From: a virus
DNA: 64,000 nucleotides
Strand: one strand, 5' to 3'
Virus record (IMG/VR): IMGVR_UViG_3300014050_000004
Location: 1-64,000 of that record
How positions within the stretch are numbered: the stretch's first letter is position 1; the number at the start of each line of letters is the position of its first letter. The position numbers and the translations under genes are program-made. Of the stretch, positions 23,844 through 34,698 are shown piece after piece. The notes beneath the pieces are model-generated. The model ran no database searches. It was not told the origin of the DNA and worked only from the letters and a program-made list of their open reading frames with translations.

Positions 23844-25819
23844 CCTGCGAGTAGGGCTTTCTTCGCCTCTTCTCTGAAGTGTTCTGCTCTGTCAGGAGAA
23901 TAATTCTTCTTCTCAAGCCATTCGTCGTTGCACTTTGTGTGAGCGTTCTTGATTCTTGAATGCTCTGCACTTTCCAGATCTTCCATCAGAGAATTACCCT
24001 CTAAGTGAAGCTCCTCTCCAGCATGACGCATGTTCTCCCAGTTTTCTATGACGTAATTGGCAGCTCCCCCAATCTTGAAGCCATCCCTCATAACAAGCTT
24101 CTCCATAATCTCCTTGATGACCTCAGCTGCCGTGAAGGTGGAAGAACCTTGGTTTTCAAGGCTTGTAAGCCGAAAACCTTGTTCATACGCTTTCTTGACT
24201 GATTCCCATCTCACTTCCCTAAATCCCTGATAGAAGTGAGTCGTCGGTCTACCAGCTTTAGACCAAGCCTCTTTCATCTTCCTTGTTAAAGTTTGGGCGG
24301 AAGGGTCTACTCCGAGAAAATAAAAGTGTTCTAGACACTCCACAAGAAGGTTAGGTGTGAGTTCGGGTATTTCGTAATCTCCCGTCCTTATCATCCACGA
24401 GAAGGCAATAGCATTGATCAAAGCTTGAGTAAGGTCTGCCTTGAAGCGAATCCTCTGCCTTGTAGTCCAATACCTTACCTCAACTTGAAGTCTGTTGATT
24501 TGAGGATCTTTGGTGTCGTTGATTACTTCCCAAAAGTGGTCTGTGGACAATCGCAAGCACCACAGATACAAAGCCTCAGGGCTAACTCCTAGCTTCTCGG
24601 AAAGGTATGGGATATGTGATCGAGGTCTAAGGTCAGGGGATCCAAAAGAGACGGTCCCCTCAAGGTTGTCTCTGTTTTTCAGAACTTCGTATTCTCTGTA
24701 GGTGCTGATGAGCTTGATCCTGTCAATAATCCCAGGGTCCAAATCATAGGCAAACTTTGAGTTCCAATCATTGGCATTCACCAGAATGGTGCACTTGGGC
24801 CAAATTTGTTCAGCGTTCTGAAACTTTTCCTCGCATTGGAACAAACCGTTTGTGATAAGAATCTTTGTTTCTTCGGCAGCAAGGAACTTCTTTAAAGAAG
24901 CCAAGGAGGTGTCGTCTTTGTAAGCAATATCACTGAGGGCTGCAGCTTTAAGGCCAAACCTGTCTTCTGTAGATTTGAAAGTGTGAGTGACAAAACCACA
25001 CTTGGAAAAAGCTGCGGTCATGCCATTGAAAAGAGTGCTTTTTCCCAAACCTGCATCTTTACCGACAATGACAGCTGCCATACGAGCTGTGTGATCCACT
25101 GGTTGCTTTCGGCCTGGCGGCAAATGGTTAGACCTTCCAACCCCAATTCTGCCGACAATCAACTTGAGCATCTCAAGTTCTGCTTTCGGGAAGATGGTAA
25201 ATACATCTGCCAGAGTTACTTCCCTCAAAGCTGGATCAAACCAGTCTCTATCCGGCACCCAGACTCTTGGGTTGTACACAGGGTCACCACCCCATTTCCC
25301 CACAGGGTCAAATGTGTGCCCATAGTCCAAAACTTCATGAATGTTGCGACTCTGCTTAACCTTCTTCATCTTGAGCAGTCTTTCTGTGAAGGAGATAAGC
25401 TCAGAATCCCCAGACTTTGGGCGGAACAAGGGAAGCCAAAACTCGCGCACCTCTTCTGAACACAGGTCCGGGTGAAAACAAGCTTCAATTGCTTCAAAGT
25501 CATCCTCTTCGGAAATGTCCTGCATAGGGTTGAAATCAGCAGGATAGCGTAGACCCTTGACCATCGGAGGCGGAGAAGGCTTCAAGATTCTGTGATTGCA
25601 GTGATTGCCTCCTTCCGTGAGTTCAACAATGAATTTTCTAGAGTTGAGCAAGGACACGCCTGTGTTGTAAAGCTCAGATACTCTTGTCGGGGTCTTTTTC
25701 TCTTTTTTGGGCTTTTTGTTGTTCTCTGAAGCTTGATATGAAGCTGCTTTGTTTCTCTCTCTAGCCTCCTTGAGGATATTTCTCTCTTGTTTCGAAGAAG
25801 TCTTAAACGGATCGCTCAT
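23840..25819 (-). CDS. SF3/VirE-like P-loop ATPase, probable primase-associated helicase
   Basis: Walker A GKDAGLGKST, Walker B IAYKDD, motif C ILVNAN. Confidence 0.75.
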   Translation of the reverse strand: MSDPFKTSSKQERNILKEARERNKAASYQASENNKKPKKEKKTPTRVSELYNTGVSLLNSRKFIVELTEGGNHCNHRILKPSPPPMVKGLRYPADFNPMQDISEEDDFEAIEACFHPDLCSEEVREFWLPLFRPKSGDSELISFTERLLKMKKVKQSRNIHEVLDYGHTFDPVGKWGGDPVYNPRVWVPDRDWFDPALREVTLADVFTIFPKAELEMLKLIVGRIGVGRSNHLPPGRKQPVDHTARMAAVIVGKDAGLGKSTLFNGMTAAFSKCGFVTHTFKSTEDRFGLKAAALSDIAYKDDTSLASLKKFLAAEETKILITNGLFQCEEKFQNAEQIWPKCTILVNANDWNSKFAYDLDPGIIDRIKLISTYREYEVLKNRDNLEGTVSFGSPDLRPRSHIPYLSEKLGVSPEALYLWCLRLSTDHFWEVINDTKDPQINRLQVEVRYWTTRQRIRFKADLTQALINAIAFSWMIRTGDYEIPELTPNLLVECLEHFYFLGVDPSAQTLTRKMKEAWSKAGRPTTHFYQGFREVRWESVKKAYEQGFRLTSLENQGSSTFTAAEVIKEIMEKLVMRDGFKIGGAANYVIENWENMRHAGEELHLEGNSLMEDLESAEHSRIKNAHTKCNDEWLEKKNYSPDRAEHFREEAKKALLAG

Positions 25820-25864
25820 TGTTGTTGTTTATAATGATTTGTTGTTGTTACGGCCCTACAAATA

Positions 25865-25886
25865 AGGAGGGGATGAGACCCCTCCT
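25865..25886 (-). terminator. Hairpin terminator after the SSB-like gene
   Basis: AGGAGGGG-TCTCAT-CCCCTCCT followed by TATTT. Confidence 0.7.
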
Positions 25887-25912
25887 GGTTTGCCTTATTT
25901 GAGAAATCCTTC

Positions 25913-26881
25913 TCAGAAGTCCAGACTGAAAGACTCCGGGCTATCCACGAAATTGGAGCACTTGAGAACCACCTTAACAGCAGGGTTGTTGTTGTAGGTG
26001 TAGTGCTCGAGAACCTTAAGGGTAGCAGGAGAATCTGGAGTGATAACGGGCTCAGCAGCAAGCACCTTCTTCATGGATGCGTTGGGTTTTACGATTGCCC
26101 AATCCGTAATTTCGGTCTCTTGCTCAACCCACTCTCCATCAACTTGAACACGCACAGGGGCGCAGAATGGCTCAGGAACTTGTACTTGCAGGAAGTAATC
26201 TGTTCCGTATTGACCACCCTCTTTGACCCGGTAGGTGGTAACCTTGTAATCTCCTACAGGCAGAGCGCTCACCTTGAGGTAAGGGCCAACCATTCTCTCG
26301 GACTGGCTGTATTCACCTCTCTTCGAAAGGTCAGGTGCTGCGTACACCTTGCTAGAAATGGAGTCTGGATTCTCATCCAGGAGCAGGTCCAGAAGATCTG
26401 CAGACATTTCCTCTTTAATGTCCTTCTTACGCAGAGGTACAGGCAAGGTGTACACTGTACCCTCGCTTGACACCGTGATGGAAAGCACAGGCTCGGTATA
26501 CTTGCCAATTTGCTCATCCTTGAAAGAGAACTTGGTTCCCTTGGAAGAGCCTTCTACGACAATTTTGCCAGCTGTCAGCAACACGGGAATGTCTCGTTCA
26601 CCCCAACGGATTACCAATCCACCGGTTTCAGTGGAAAAGATAGTTGGGGAGTACAGCCTCTGAAAAATGCCATTTGGGTCCGCTTTCACCGTGAAAGTTG
26701 AACCTTCTGGGTCCAGCTCATCTCCAGTGAGAGCTTTGTAAATCACGCCTAAAGCTTGTCGGTAGCTCTCAGGAAGAGCTCTGTTAGGAATATCTGTGAA
26801 AATCCTTTCGTAGGGCCTAGACTCAAGTCTAGCTCTGTTCTTGTCGTCGAGCTGAGGAGCGATCTTAAAAGTTGTTGCCAT
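25913..26881 (-). CDS. Putative single-stranded DNA-binding protein (likely start MATTF)
   Basis: Beta-rich 322 aa, next to the helicase, acidic-aromatic tail DSPESFSLDF. Confidence 0.5.
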   Translation of the reverse strand: MATTFKIAPQLDDKNRARLESRPYERIFTDIPNRALPESYRQALGVIYKALTGDELDPEGSTFTVKADPNGIFQRLYSPTIFSTETGGLVIRWGERDIPVLLTAGKIVVEGSSKGTKFSFKDEQIGKYTEPVLSITVSSEGTVYTLPVPLRKKDIKEEMSADLLDLLLDENPDSISSKVYAAPDLSKRGEYSQSERMVGPYLKVSALPVGDYKVTTYRVKEGGQYGTDYFLQVQVPEPFCAPVRVQVDGEWVEQETEITDWAIVKPNASMKKVLAAEPVITPDSPATLKVLEHYTYNNNPAVKVVLKCSNFVDSPESFSLDF

Positions 26882-26944
26882 GGTAATTGAATGATTTGAA
26901 AAAGCGCGATTGCCTAAGCCCCATTGCTTAGCACGCTTACAACT

Positions 26945-26972
26945 ATTATAGAAGTTGGGAAGGCTGGGTAAA
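26945..26972 (-). promoter_or_regulatory. Sigma70-like promoter
   Basis: TTTACC (26967-26972), 16-nt spacer, TATAAT (26945-26950). Confidence 0.55.
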
Positions 26973-28868
26973 CTATCTCCCGCCACTTTCCGTGTAAGAT
27001 CTGTACAATCTGTTTATCTCTTCGGACCCAAGGTTAATCGTTTTGGAGGAATCGTTGAAGAGCCTTGGTGACAAGGGGTCGAACTTGTAAGTTTCCTTCA
27101 CAAAGTTGTAGAAACCGTCGGAGTACACTTGTGTGGAAGTTGGAGAGATAGGGTTGTATGTGGTTCTCGTAGACTCTGGCACTGAGAAGGAAGGCCCCAA
27201 CTCCTCGGAGCGATACCTTGAGGCCAGGGCTTCTATAAGGTAGGAATCAACTCCAACAACGGTTCCTCCTTGCGTCCCCGCTTCGGTTTTGAAAGTTACA
27301 TCGTTGAGACGGAGCACCTTTTGTAAATATGAGAAGAATTTTGGATCCTGAGTGGAGAAGGTCTTTATTTGATCGCTTTGGGAGTACAAACTTTGAGGAG
27401 CTGGTGTGGTGGTTTCCTCAGGAGTCGGAGGAAGCTGTGCCGAAGGTGCCGAAGGTGCCGGGCTGGAGACCACTGGCAGTGGAGATGTAAGGTCAGTGGA
27501 GATGTAAGGTTTGCCCGGTACTGCTTCTTTTTTGTCTCGTGTACTCGTAAATTGCCACGCATAAGCTTCCCAATCTTCAAGCGTTTTGAGCTTCTGGGAA
27601 GAAAAGAAAGAGGTAATGGGTTCTTGGGCCATTGGAACTCCAACACCGAACTTCCGGGATGCTTGGATCGACAATTCAACACCGCCTTGAGTTTGCTGGT
27701 ATTCTACGGAACTGACTATCCAGTCCTCAACATAATCGCCATAGTAGTTCTTAATCAGGATTATGTCCAAGGGCTTCATCCCTGTCAACACAGGGCACAT
27801 GAATGTTGTCATTGACAACTTGGCTGTTCTCTCTTCCGTGAACAACATAAGCTTCAGAGGCCCATTCTCGTTATTGTCACTTCTAATGTTTGGCGTGTTA
27901 GGGGAACTGTGAATGCCCTCGGGAGCTTTCGCTTTTTTCTTCCCAGTCTTGGCTTGAGAGTCTGGCACCGCTTTGGTCTTCGGGTTAGAGGAAGAGTCCG
28001 GAATCTGAGGTTTTCTCCCTAGCATTGAAGACAGTTCTTGGCTCTTCTGCGGAGGTTGCCACTCATAGGTTCTTGACAGAGATTGGATGATTCCAGGAGC
28101 TACAGCGTATATGTATCTGATTGTGGGATCCGGGGTCTTACCTTTGGGGATTTTGGCACCGTCTTGAGGGAGAGAGCCTTTCTTGACTTCCCAATTGTAA
28201 GGGGAGTATACAACGGCACCCGCTCCGCCCATGTTATTAAAGAATACCATGTTGCCATTGTTCTTCACAAGATTTTGAACAGAATCCATGAAATTGGAAC
28301 CGTCGGTATAGTTCATTTTAACTATCGACTTGGTCGAATCATCGAGGGCTGTTGGGGTGTACTTGATCAGATTCTGGGCGTCAACTCCAAACTGCTTCCC
28401 TAAATTCGAGACAGAGTCTCTGTGACTCATCCCTTTCTCTTGGGCATCGGCCTGCACTGTGGAATACATGTTTGCATTGATCAGTCCATCAAGGAGAGTA
28501 ACGAGCTTAATTCCAAGCTCCATTTCTTTTCCGTAATTGTCTGATTGTCCTCCCCAGTAAAACTCAAAGGTTATATTCTTGCCACCAACGTAGTAGAAAT
28601 TGATAACAATTGAATGCTGTATGTACTGTGTTAAGAACTTTTCGTACAAACTGAATCCGAGACCGCTCGGGTTCCATTTCAGAGACCCACTTGGAGTTTG
28701 CCCTTGGTCTTCCAAGGATACTCTAGCATCATAGACCAAAGGGCCAAGGGTTTCAAGATTTGCAACTTCTGAGTAAAATTCAGGTGTTTTTTGAGGGCTT
28801 GTGAGATTTACAGGACCCCAGTAGACCTCCACTCTTGGGATTATGAGAGAGCTCACTTCTATTGTCAT
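26973..28868 (-). CDS. Baseplate hub / late-control-D-like tail protein with Pro-rich extension
   Basis: Follows the tape measure gene; KPLDIILI...WIVSSVEYQQTQGGVELSIQA gpD-like pattern. Confidence 0.65.
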   Translation of the reverse strand: MTIEVSSLIIPRVEVYWGPVNLTSPQKTPEFYSEVANLETLGPLVYDARVSLEDQGQTPSGSLKWNPSGLGFSLYEKFLTQYIQHSIVINFYYVGGKNITFEFYWGGQSDNYGKEMELGIKLVTLLDGLINANMYSTVQADAQEKGMSHRDSVSNLGKQFGVDAQNLIKYTPTALDDSTKSIVKMNYTDGSNFMDSVQNLVKNNGNMVFFNNMGGAGAVVYSPYNWEVKKGSLPQDGAKIPKGKTPDPTIRYIYAVAPGIIQSLSRTYEWQPPQKSQELSSMLGRKPQIPDSSSNPKTKAVPDSQAKTGKKKAKAPEGIHSSPNTPNIRSDNNENGPLKLMLFTEERTAKLSMTTFMCPVLTGMKPLDIILIKNYYGDYVEDWIVSSVEYQQTQGGVELSIQASRKFGVGVPMAQEPITSFFSSQKLKTLEDWEAYAWQFTSTRDKKEAVPGKPYISTDLTSPLPVVSSPAPSAPSAQLPPTPEETTTPAPQSLYSQSDQIKTFSTQDPKFFSYLQKVLRLNDVTFKTEAGTQGGTVVGVDSYLIEALASRYRSEELGPSFSVPESTRTTYNPISPTSTQVYSDGFYNFVKETYKFDPLSPRLFNDSSKTINLGSEEINRLYRSYTESGGR

Positions 28869-31800
28869 GAATGGTTCCTCGCTTCTTCGACCGCCATGCT
28901 TAGCCTCATAATGATGATAGAGGCCAATTCTTCTGGGTCTTGATTAGGTTGTTGATAGATGGAAATTGGAGCGTGTATGGTGGCATTTCCTCCGAATCCC
29001 TCTGAAGAATTGGAAGTTACAGTGGATATGGAAGCGTTTGCAGGAGACATCTTTCTCTCCCACTGCCTTGCGGCTGAGGATGAGGAGAAGAACGCCGGAT
29101 TTCCTGCTCCGAGTCCGTAAGCAACGTGAACGTGGTTGTAATGAGAGCCAGCAGCCAGAGGGGGAACAATCTGTCCGTTTTTGATGGAAAAGCCAAGAGG
29201 GGTGTATATCAGCTCCTTAAGATTCGCCCCAAACCTGGATGCTAAGAACCTGGCAAAGGACATCATTTGGGGTGTTGGGCCGCCACCGTTGGAGTAATCT
29301 CTAGCTCTGTTGGCGCCGTGCCATCCGGGATCCCCAGGCCGGAAACCACTTGTTAATTGCAGGCCGTAGGATTGAGCCATAGGAGTGAAAGAGTCCACTC
29401 CACCCGCTGGACCAGATCCTATACTGTATGTCATCTTCATGCCACCGGAAACCATGGTTTTCTGTATACTGTCCATTTTTCCGGAGATAACCATCAGGGC
29501 TGACTTGACAGAGTCAAACACAGCGAGTTTCTGACCCAAACTATCCATTTTACTGGATATGATCATGAGAGCCGATCTCATCGAGTCTAACTTGCTTGGG
29601 ACCGGAGCTGCATAAGTCTTGATGCTGGTTATGTTGCTCGAACTGATCTTTGAGGTGGAATCGAGAGAGGACAGATGAATGTTTTGGGTCTGGGAGTTTG
29701 CTGACAATTGGGCGAGATCTGTGTTCCCTCCCATCAGAGGCCCACCGTAGGAAGGTGCTTTACTTGGAGAGGACTTTGAGGGCACCTCGGTGGTAAAATA
29801 GCTCATCCTACGAGCGTGGGAGCTGGCAAATTCTTTCTCCGCTTGTGAGAGCCTGCTACGAGTGTTTTGAATCTCTGTATTCAGAGCCTGATTTTCCCTG
29901 CCTCCATTCAATACCCTGCTCAGAAACTGCCTAAATTCGAGTATCTTCAGGTTTGCGTACGACAACCCAATTCTTAGCCCCTGAAGACCCGCTTCCACAA
30001 GGAACAGGGTTCCAACGAGAGGGAACATGGCAACCTTCACCGCTATCATTGCCGCTCCCAGGAAGTCAAATCCTTTGGTAGCTCCAACTATCTTATCTTT
30101 CAAAGGGGAAAGCAAAGAATTGACTATCGGGAACAGAGCGTTGAACAGGTTTTGAAACATGTACCAAACTTCTGTCAAGATTGGTATGAGGGATCTCAGA
30201 ATGGGTCCGAAGGTGCCTGTTACGGCATATATAGCCTCACCTAAACCTCTGAACACCCCCTCAAAGAAGTCGGTTACAGGTTTGAAACCTGACAACCACT
30301 GACCGATCATCCCCCCAATGATGGCCCCCACCGGACCAAAAGCTGCTCCAACAATCGTACCGACCACTCCAGGTGCTACAGAAGCGAGAGATTCACTGAG
30401 ACCTTTGCCAGATAACAAATCCCCAATGATTTGGATTGCCGAGGTTACAATCAATAGGGCTGTACCGAATCTTCCTAGAACTTTGAAGCTTCTTGAGAAA
30501 AATTCTCCAGTTGAGGATGCCATCCTGCCAAGGAATCCGATTGCTCTAGAAGCTGCAGATGCTTGCGGGGCAACCTTTGCCATCATGCCACCTGCTGGAG
30601 GTAGCTGCTTAGGGGTCACATCTATGATGTCATCGTAGAGCCCTCCGACGGACACAGGGGAGACTCCGGAAGCAACTCCCCTCCCGCCGGACATCGTCTT
30701 CCTGAGCAACATGCCAAGCAAACCAACAAACCAAGTGAGGATTAGAGGGACCAGACCAGAGACAACAGCCATGGCAAGAGGCGGACCGAAGATAATCCCA
30801 AGCCCAAGTAACACAATTCCTCTAAGCTCTGGGGCAGACACCACGGACCATATTATGGACATTAGCTTCGTAACAAGAACTCGGATCCCATTTTCTATGG
30901 ATCTCTGTGCTCTTTCGATCAGTCGGGGGTTATTCTTGAAGGCAGCCAAGAAACCCTTGAAAAACTCAGATTGAGCTTCCGTCATGGGTCCTTTCGGGTC
31001 ACCAAGGAACCTTGTGATGGCAATAAACACGTCACCGAGGAATTTATAAAGTTCCCCGGACACTCTACCAACTTGGTAGAAGATTCTTTCCTTGCCCAAA
31101 GCGGCATCCTTGTTCATATCGGATGCTATATTTCCTAGAGTTTCCGCAAGAGGCCCCATGATCTTGTCGGTCATGTCAAGGGCTACTATGGCAAATCTAT
31201 TCCAAATCGGGCCAATCGCATTCAAAACGTTGGTGAAATTCCTAACAATCTCACCGAATACCATAGAGAAAGCTTTGAAGGGGTTGCTAATCTTTTCCTC
31301 TCCTTCCTTGATCAAATCAGCGAGCTTCTTTCTGTTGTTTTTTCTGTCTATTTCAAGCTGTTTGATCCTCAACAAGGTCTCTTCGTCTGTCTTACCACTG
31401 TCCTTCAACTGCTTCAGTTCAAGGTCATATCTTTGCATTCTTCGGTCAAAGATCTGCTTCAACTGCTCATTGACCCTTTTTTGTTCCTTATCAGTGAAGG
31501 TGGAAGCCATACCAAACAAACCAACCGAAGGGTTTGATATCGTGTCTCCAAGAGCTTGTAGTGAGCCTGTTAAGCTTGTCGACATTGCTTCAATGCCTTC
31601 CTTAGGCATGGCCACTTGAAGGGCTTTCTTGAGGGCCTTGAGCCTCTCTGCCTCTGTTTTCAAGGAAGACACCCTAGCAGCTTTCCCCCCAGCCCCTGCC
31701 GGTCCGCCCGCAAATCCCGCATCCTGAAGAGCTTTCATCAGAAGAACGTTGTCGGTGAAGAAGTCCATAGTGGTGTCTATCTTACCTCTGGTAATCAGAC

Positions 31801-32809
31801 CTTCAACACCCTGAGCAACCCTGAAGGTTGCCGTGCCCGTACCTTGGGCAAGCAAAGCCACCTGACCGAGCAAGTTTGCGTACCCTTTCGACATGTCCCC
31901 AATTTTCTTAGGATCAACCTTTCTTACATCGGCCCCTTTCTCGATGCCTTGTGCCTTCATCAGCAACGGAATAAGGGTGTCAGAAGTGTACCTCTGCAGC
32001 TCAATCACAGTTCCAGTGGGAGCAGCAGAAGTTCTAATTTCCTCAGCAACTGCCTGGTCAATCTTTTTGTAGTATTTTCCAGCTTCGGCGAAGGTTACGG
32101 AACCCCCTGCTCCTCCACCCTTATAACCAGCCATACCCAAAGCACCCATCATACCAGACTGAGCTCTGATATCCGACATTTCGTCCTTGGCTGCTTCGTT
32201 GAACTTTTTAAGGAAAAAGTTTGGCAGGGACCCAGCAGTTCTCATGACTAAGTTTATCCCTCTCTCAAACCCCTGAGCTATGCCATCTCCTATCAAGGCG
32301 AATGCATTCGCTTGCAACATCGTAGAGAGCAATCCTTGTGTTTGCCCGAAACCTCTCTGAGGCTCTCCCGCAGATCTCTGCGCAGCCGAAGCAGCTCTTA
32401 TGTAGTCTTCCAAAGACTTTGTGGCAGAGTTCCACTTGTTGGACTCCGCTCTTGCAGCATCAAAGCTTGAATCCCCTAAGGACTTATTCGCTTTCGTAGC
32501 CTCTTCAACCCTCTCCTTATACTTTCTCAGACTTTGAATACTCTGGAACAATGTGGAATTGTAATGGGAGAATTCTTTTTGAGTTAAGGATATTTCCTGT
32601 CTCAGAGACCTCAGGTCTTCGGTAAGTTTCTTGTGGGATTTTGAGCATTCTTCTGCCGTCTTTGCAATCGAAGAAAAGCTTGATTTGTTGCCTGATATTT
32701 GAGATAGGGACTTTTGTAAAGAATTTAAGGAGCTTGTTACCTTTTTGAGGCCAGGGGTTATATTGTCCTTAAAATTCCCGACCAGAGTGAACGATCTTTC
32801 TTGGGCCAT
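28865..32809 (-). CDS. Tape measure protein with C-terminal M15/LAS-type metallopeptidase-like domain
   Basis: 1314 aa, helical and amphipathic with Gly-rich hydrophobic repeats; TSGFRPGD..WHGANRARD...HYNHVHVAY. Confidence 0.85.
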   Translation of the reverse strand: MAQERSFTLVGNFKDNITPGLKKVTSSLNSLQKSLSQISGNKSSFSSIAKTAEECSKSHKKLTEDLRSLRQEISLTQKEFSHYNSTLFQSIQSLRKYKERVEEATKANKSLGDSSFDAARAESNKWNSATKSLEDYIRAASAAQRSAGEPQRGFGQTQGLLSTMLQANAFALIGDGIAQGFERGINLVMRTAGSLPNFFLKKFNEAAKDEMSDIRAQSGMMGALGMAGYKGGGAGGSVTFAEAGKYYKKIDQAVAEEIRTSAAPTGTVIELQRYTSDTLIPLLMKAQGIEKGADVRKVDPKKIGDMSKGYANLLGQVALLAQGTGTATFRVAQGVEGLITRGKIDTTMDFFTDNVLLMKALQDAGFAGGPAGAGGKAARVSSLKTEAERLKALKKALQVAMPKEGIEAMSTSLTGSLQALGDTISNPSVGLFGMASTFTDKEQKRVNEQLKQIFDRRMQRYDLELKQLKDSGKTDEETLLRIKQLEIDRKNNRKKLADLIKEGEEKISNPFKAFSMVFGEIVRNFTNVLNAIGPIWNRFAIVALDMTDKIMGPLAETLGNIASDMNKDAALGKERIFYQVGRVSGELYKFLGDVFIAITRFLGDPKGPMTEAQSEFFKGFLAAFKNNPRLIERAQRSIENGIRVLVTKLMSIIWSVVSAPELRGIVLLGLGIIFGPPLAMAVVSGLVPLILTWFVGLLGMLLRKTMSGGRGVASGVSPVSVGGLYDDIIDVTPKQLPPAGGMMAKVAPQASAASRAIGFLGRMASSTGEFFSRSFKVLGRFGTALLIVTSAIQIIGDLLSGKGLSESLASVAPGVVGTIVGAAFGPVGAIIGGMIGQWLSGFKPVTDFFEGVFRGLGEAIYAVTGTFGPILRSLIPILTEVWYMFQNLFNALFPIVNSLLSPLKDKIVGATKGFDFLGAAMIAVKVAMFPLVGTLFLVEAGLQGLRIGLSYANLKILEFRQFLSRVLNGGRENQALNTEIQNTRSRLSQAEKEFASSHARRMSYFTTEVPSKSSPSKAPSYGGPLMGGNTDLAQLSANSQTQNIHLSSLDSTSKISSSNITSIKTYAAPVPSKLDSMRSALMIISSKMDSLGQKLAVFDSVKSALMVISGKMDSIQKTMVSGGMKMTYSIGSGPAGGVDSFTPMAQSYGLQLTSGFRPGDPGWHGANRARDYSNGGGPTPQMMSFARFLASRFGANLKELIYTPLGFSIKNGQIVPPLAAGSHYNHVHVAYGLGAGNPAFFSSSSAARQWERKMSPANASISTVTSNSSEGFGGNATIHAPISIYQQPNQDPEELASIIIMRLSMAVEEARNHS

Positions 32810-32812
32810 GCG

Positions 32813-34003
32813 TTACCTCTTCTGGATCAAACCTTTGTCAATTTGAGACTTCACGGCCTCAGATACGGATTTGAAGGGTCCAGGGGAACCCGCCAAAACC
32901 TTGGAAGCAATGTCTCTCCCACTTTCCACCTGATAGGAGGGAACCTGAGTCAAACTCACATCAACAATCGCTCTCGTTGTTTTGCCGTCAAGGTCCCTCA
33001 TTTTCTCTTGGACTTTGATACTTTTGATAACAAAGAAACCACCTTCTTGAAGACCTGCTCCGTACACCTTCGAGTTGGCTGTAACTCTGTACACCGGAAT
33101 TTGAAGGTATCTCTTATCCCTGCTAATTGTCATTGTTAATAGCTCTTCTAGAGCCAGGATCTTATCCTCTACTGTCTTACCGAGAGAAAAACCCTCAACA
33201 AGGGCACCGTTGAGTGTCAATTCTCTCATACCTCTTACACCCCCTATCACAGGAGCTTGGTTTGCCCCAAAGATCGGCACCCTGTCAGCTTGAGCCGAAG
33301 TCTCCCAGGAAATGTCTTCTGGGGAGCATATGAAACTCCACCCTACCTTAGTAGAAGGCTTCTTTGAGGTTGGTGGAGAGGCTTCGTCAGCTGGAGTGGG
33401 GGTATTTGGTTTAGCTCCGGGATTGGGAGCGCCAGCTGGGGGTTGACTTGGGGCAGCGGGAGTGCTGTTTCCGACAGAAGAAGAGATGGCCTCAGGTTGA
33501 GCGGAAGAGATGGCTGGTTCGATTGTGAAAACAACATCGGCTCCCCCTCTTTGAGAGCCATGGGCGTACCCTCCGTAGTTAGCCCTCGGTTCCAGAGAAC
33601 CGCTGTCTCCGGGGAAGTATTGGCTTTTGGCAACTGTGGAGGAGGTTGGTATCAGAGAGTTAAGGAGTCGATTAGCTCCCAAGGATATACCAGAGTTGGC
33701 AAGGTTCCCCACCAATGTTCCAGCTGGTCCAAGAGCCTTGGAATTGACAATTGAATTTGTAACTACTTGACTCAGGGCTCCAACTCCCGTGGACAAAAGC
33801 CCTGGCGTAACTATAGACCCAATAAAGTTGGAAGATACATCTGCCAAACCCAAAGCTTTTCTCGCTTCAGCCCCAAGAGTTTGGTTCACTGCAACACTCA
33901 GGGTTGACGAAGCAAGATTGTTAACCAATCCGTCAACTGTGCTGTTTATCAGGCTGTTCTTGGATACTCTAACCGTCGGTATAACCCCACTGAATACGGG
34001 CAT
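32813..34003 (-). CDS. P2 gpU-like / tail tube initiator-type protein
   Basis: C-terminal FICSPEDISWE...FFVIKSIKVQE...AIVDVSLTQV; adjacent to the tape measure gene. Confidence 0.6.
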   Translation of the reverse strand: MPVFSGVIPTVRVSKNSLINSTVDGLVNNLASSTLSVAVNQTLGAEARKALGLADVSSNFIGSIVTPGLLSTGVGALSQVVTNSIVNSKALGPAGTLVGNLANSGISLGANRLLNSLIPTSSTVAKSQYFPGDSGSLEPRANYGGYAHGSQRGGADVVFTIEPAISSAQPEAISSSVGNSTPAAPSQPPAGAPNPGAKPNTPTPADEASPPTSKKPSTKVGWSFICSPEDISWETSAQADRVPIFGANQAPVIGGVRGMRELTLNGALVEGFSLGKTVEDKILALEELLTMTISRDKRYLQIPVYRVTANSKVYGAGLQEGGFFVIKSIKVQEKMRDLDGKTTRAIVDVSLTQVPSYQVESGRDIASKVLAGSPGPFKSVSEAVKSQIDKGLIQKR

Positions 34004-34006
34004 ATC

Positions 34007-34668
34007 TTATCTCCAACCTTGGCTGCGGACTTTCTTGTCCAAGGACTTTACCTTGTTGTTCCCAACTCTCTTCACACCCTCCTTTTCCAGAGTGCTCAAG
34101 GATCCTTCGGACATTCTGTATGTCGTCAACCACCCTTTACTTGTGGGAGCAATTTCGAATATGAACAGATGGCCTTCATATTCAAAGGTTCCAGAAAAAG
34201 TGCCATCTTCTTCCTGAAGGAAGTTGTTTTCAGATGAGGGGAACTTTCCTTTCTTGCTTCTTATTCTGCTCACTCTTGCTCCAAAAGAATCCTCGATTAC
34301 CTTACTTAGAACTTGCTCAACTTTCTCAGCGGCACCAAGGTTGTCCTCAAGGAAATCAAAACTCTCGGTTGTCTGGTCCCCCAAGAAAGATATTGCATCA
34401 AGGGAGTGTATAGAGTCAATGTCAGGCCACTCTAATGGGTCAACTTTTGACAAAGACTCCACAACCTCCTCTAACTCCGCAGCATCAAGAAATTCCGTGC
34501 CCTGCATCCTTGAGATCAAAGGTAGCATGGACACTGCTCCATCTGAGTATTCGTGATAAAAGTGAGCGAGGTAGGACTCTGGTATGTTTTCCGGAAATTT
34601 GCCACTGGAATCCATAAGAGTGCTCAACCCTTTAAGATAAGTGCTTAAAAAGTAATGGTCAGCTCCCA
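34007..34668 (-). CDS. Hypothetical late protein (likely start MGADH at 34668)
   Basis: ATG 22 nt below a GGGTAAGTT motif; contains GKFPENIPESY, a GxF-leader-like segment. Confidence 0.7.
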
Positions 34669-34689
34669 TCAACAATGCTACTCTATGTA

Positions 34690-34698
34690 AACTTACCC
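34690..34698 (-). promoter_or_regulatory. GGGTAA motif heading the tail operon, overlapping a Gly-stop
   Basis: GGGTAAGTT includes the TAA of 34693..35496. Confidence 0.7.

Noticed and set aside
25913-26986. Long N-terminal extensions given by the ORF track (also 11634..12425, 34007..34726, 35496..36530, 36461..36763, 55598..56254)
   Set aside because: The extensions overlap upstream genes or run across promoter motifs. Internal ATGs give coupled starts or the standard promoter spacing.
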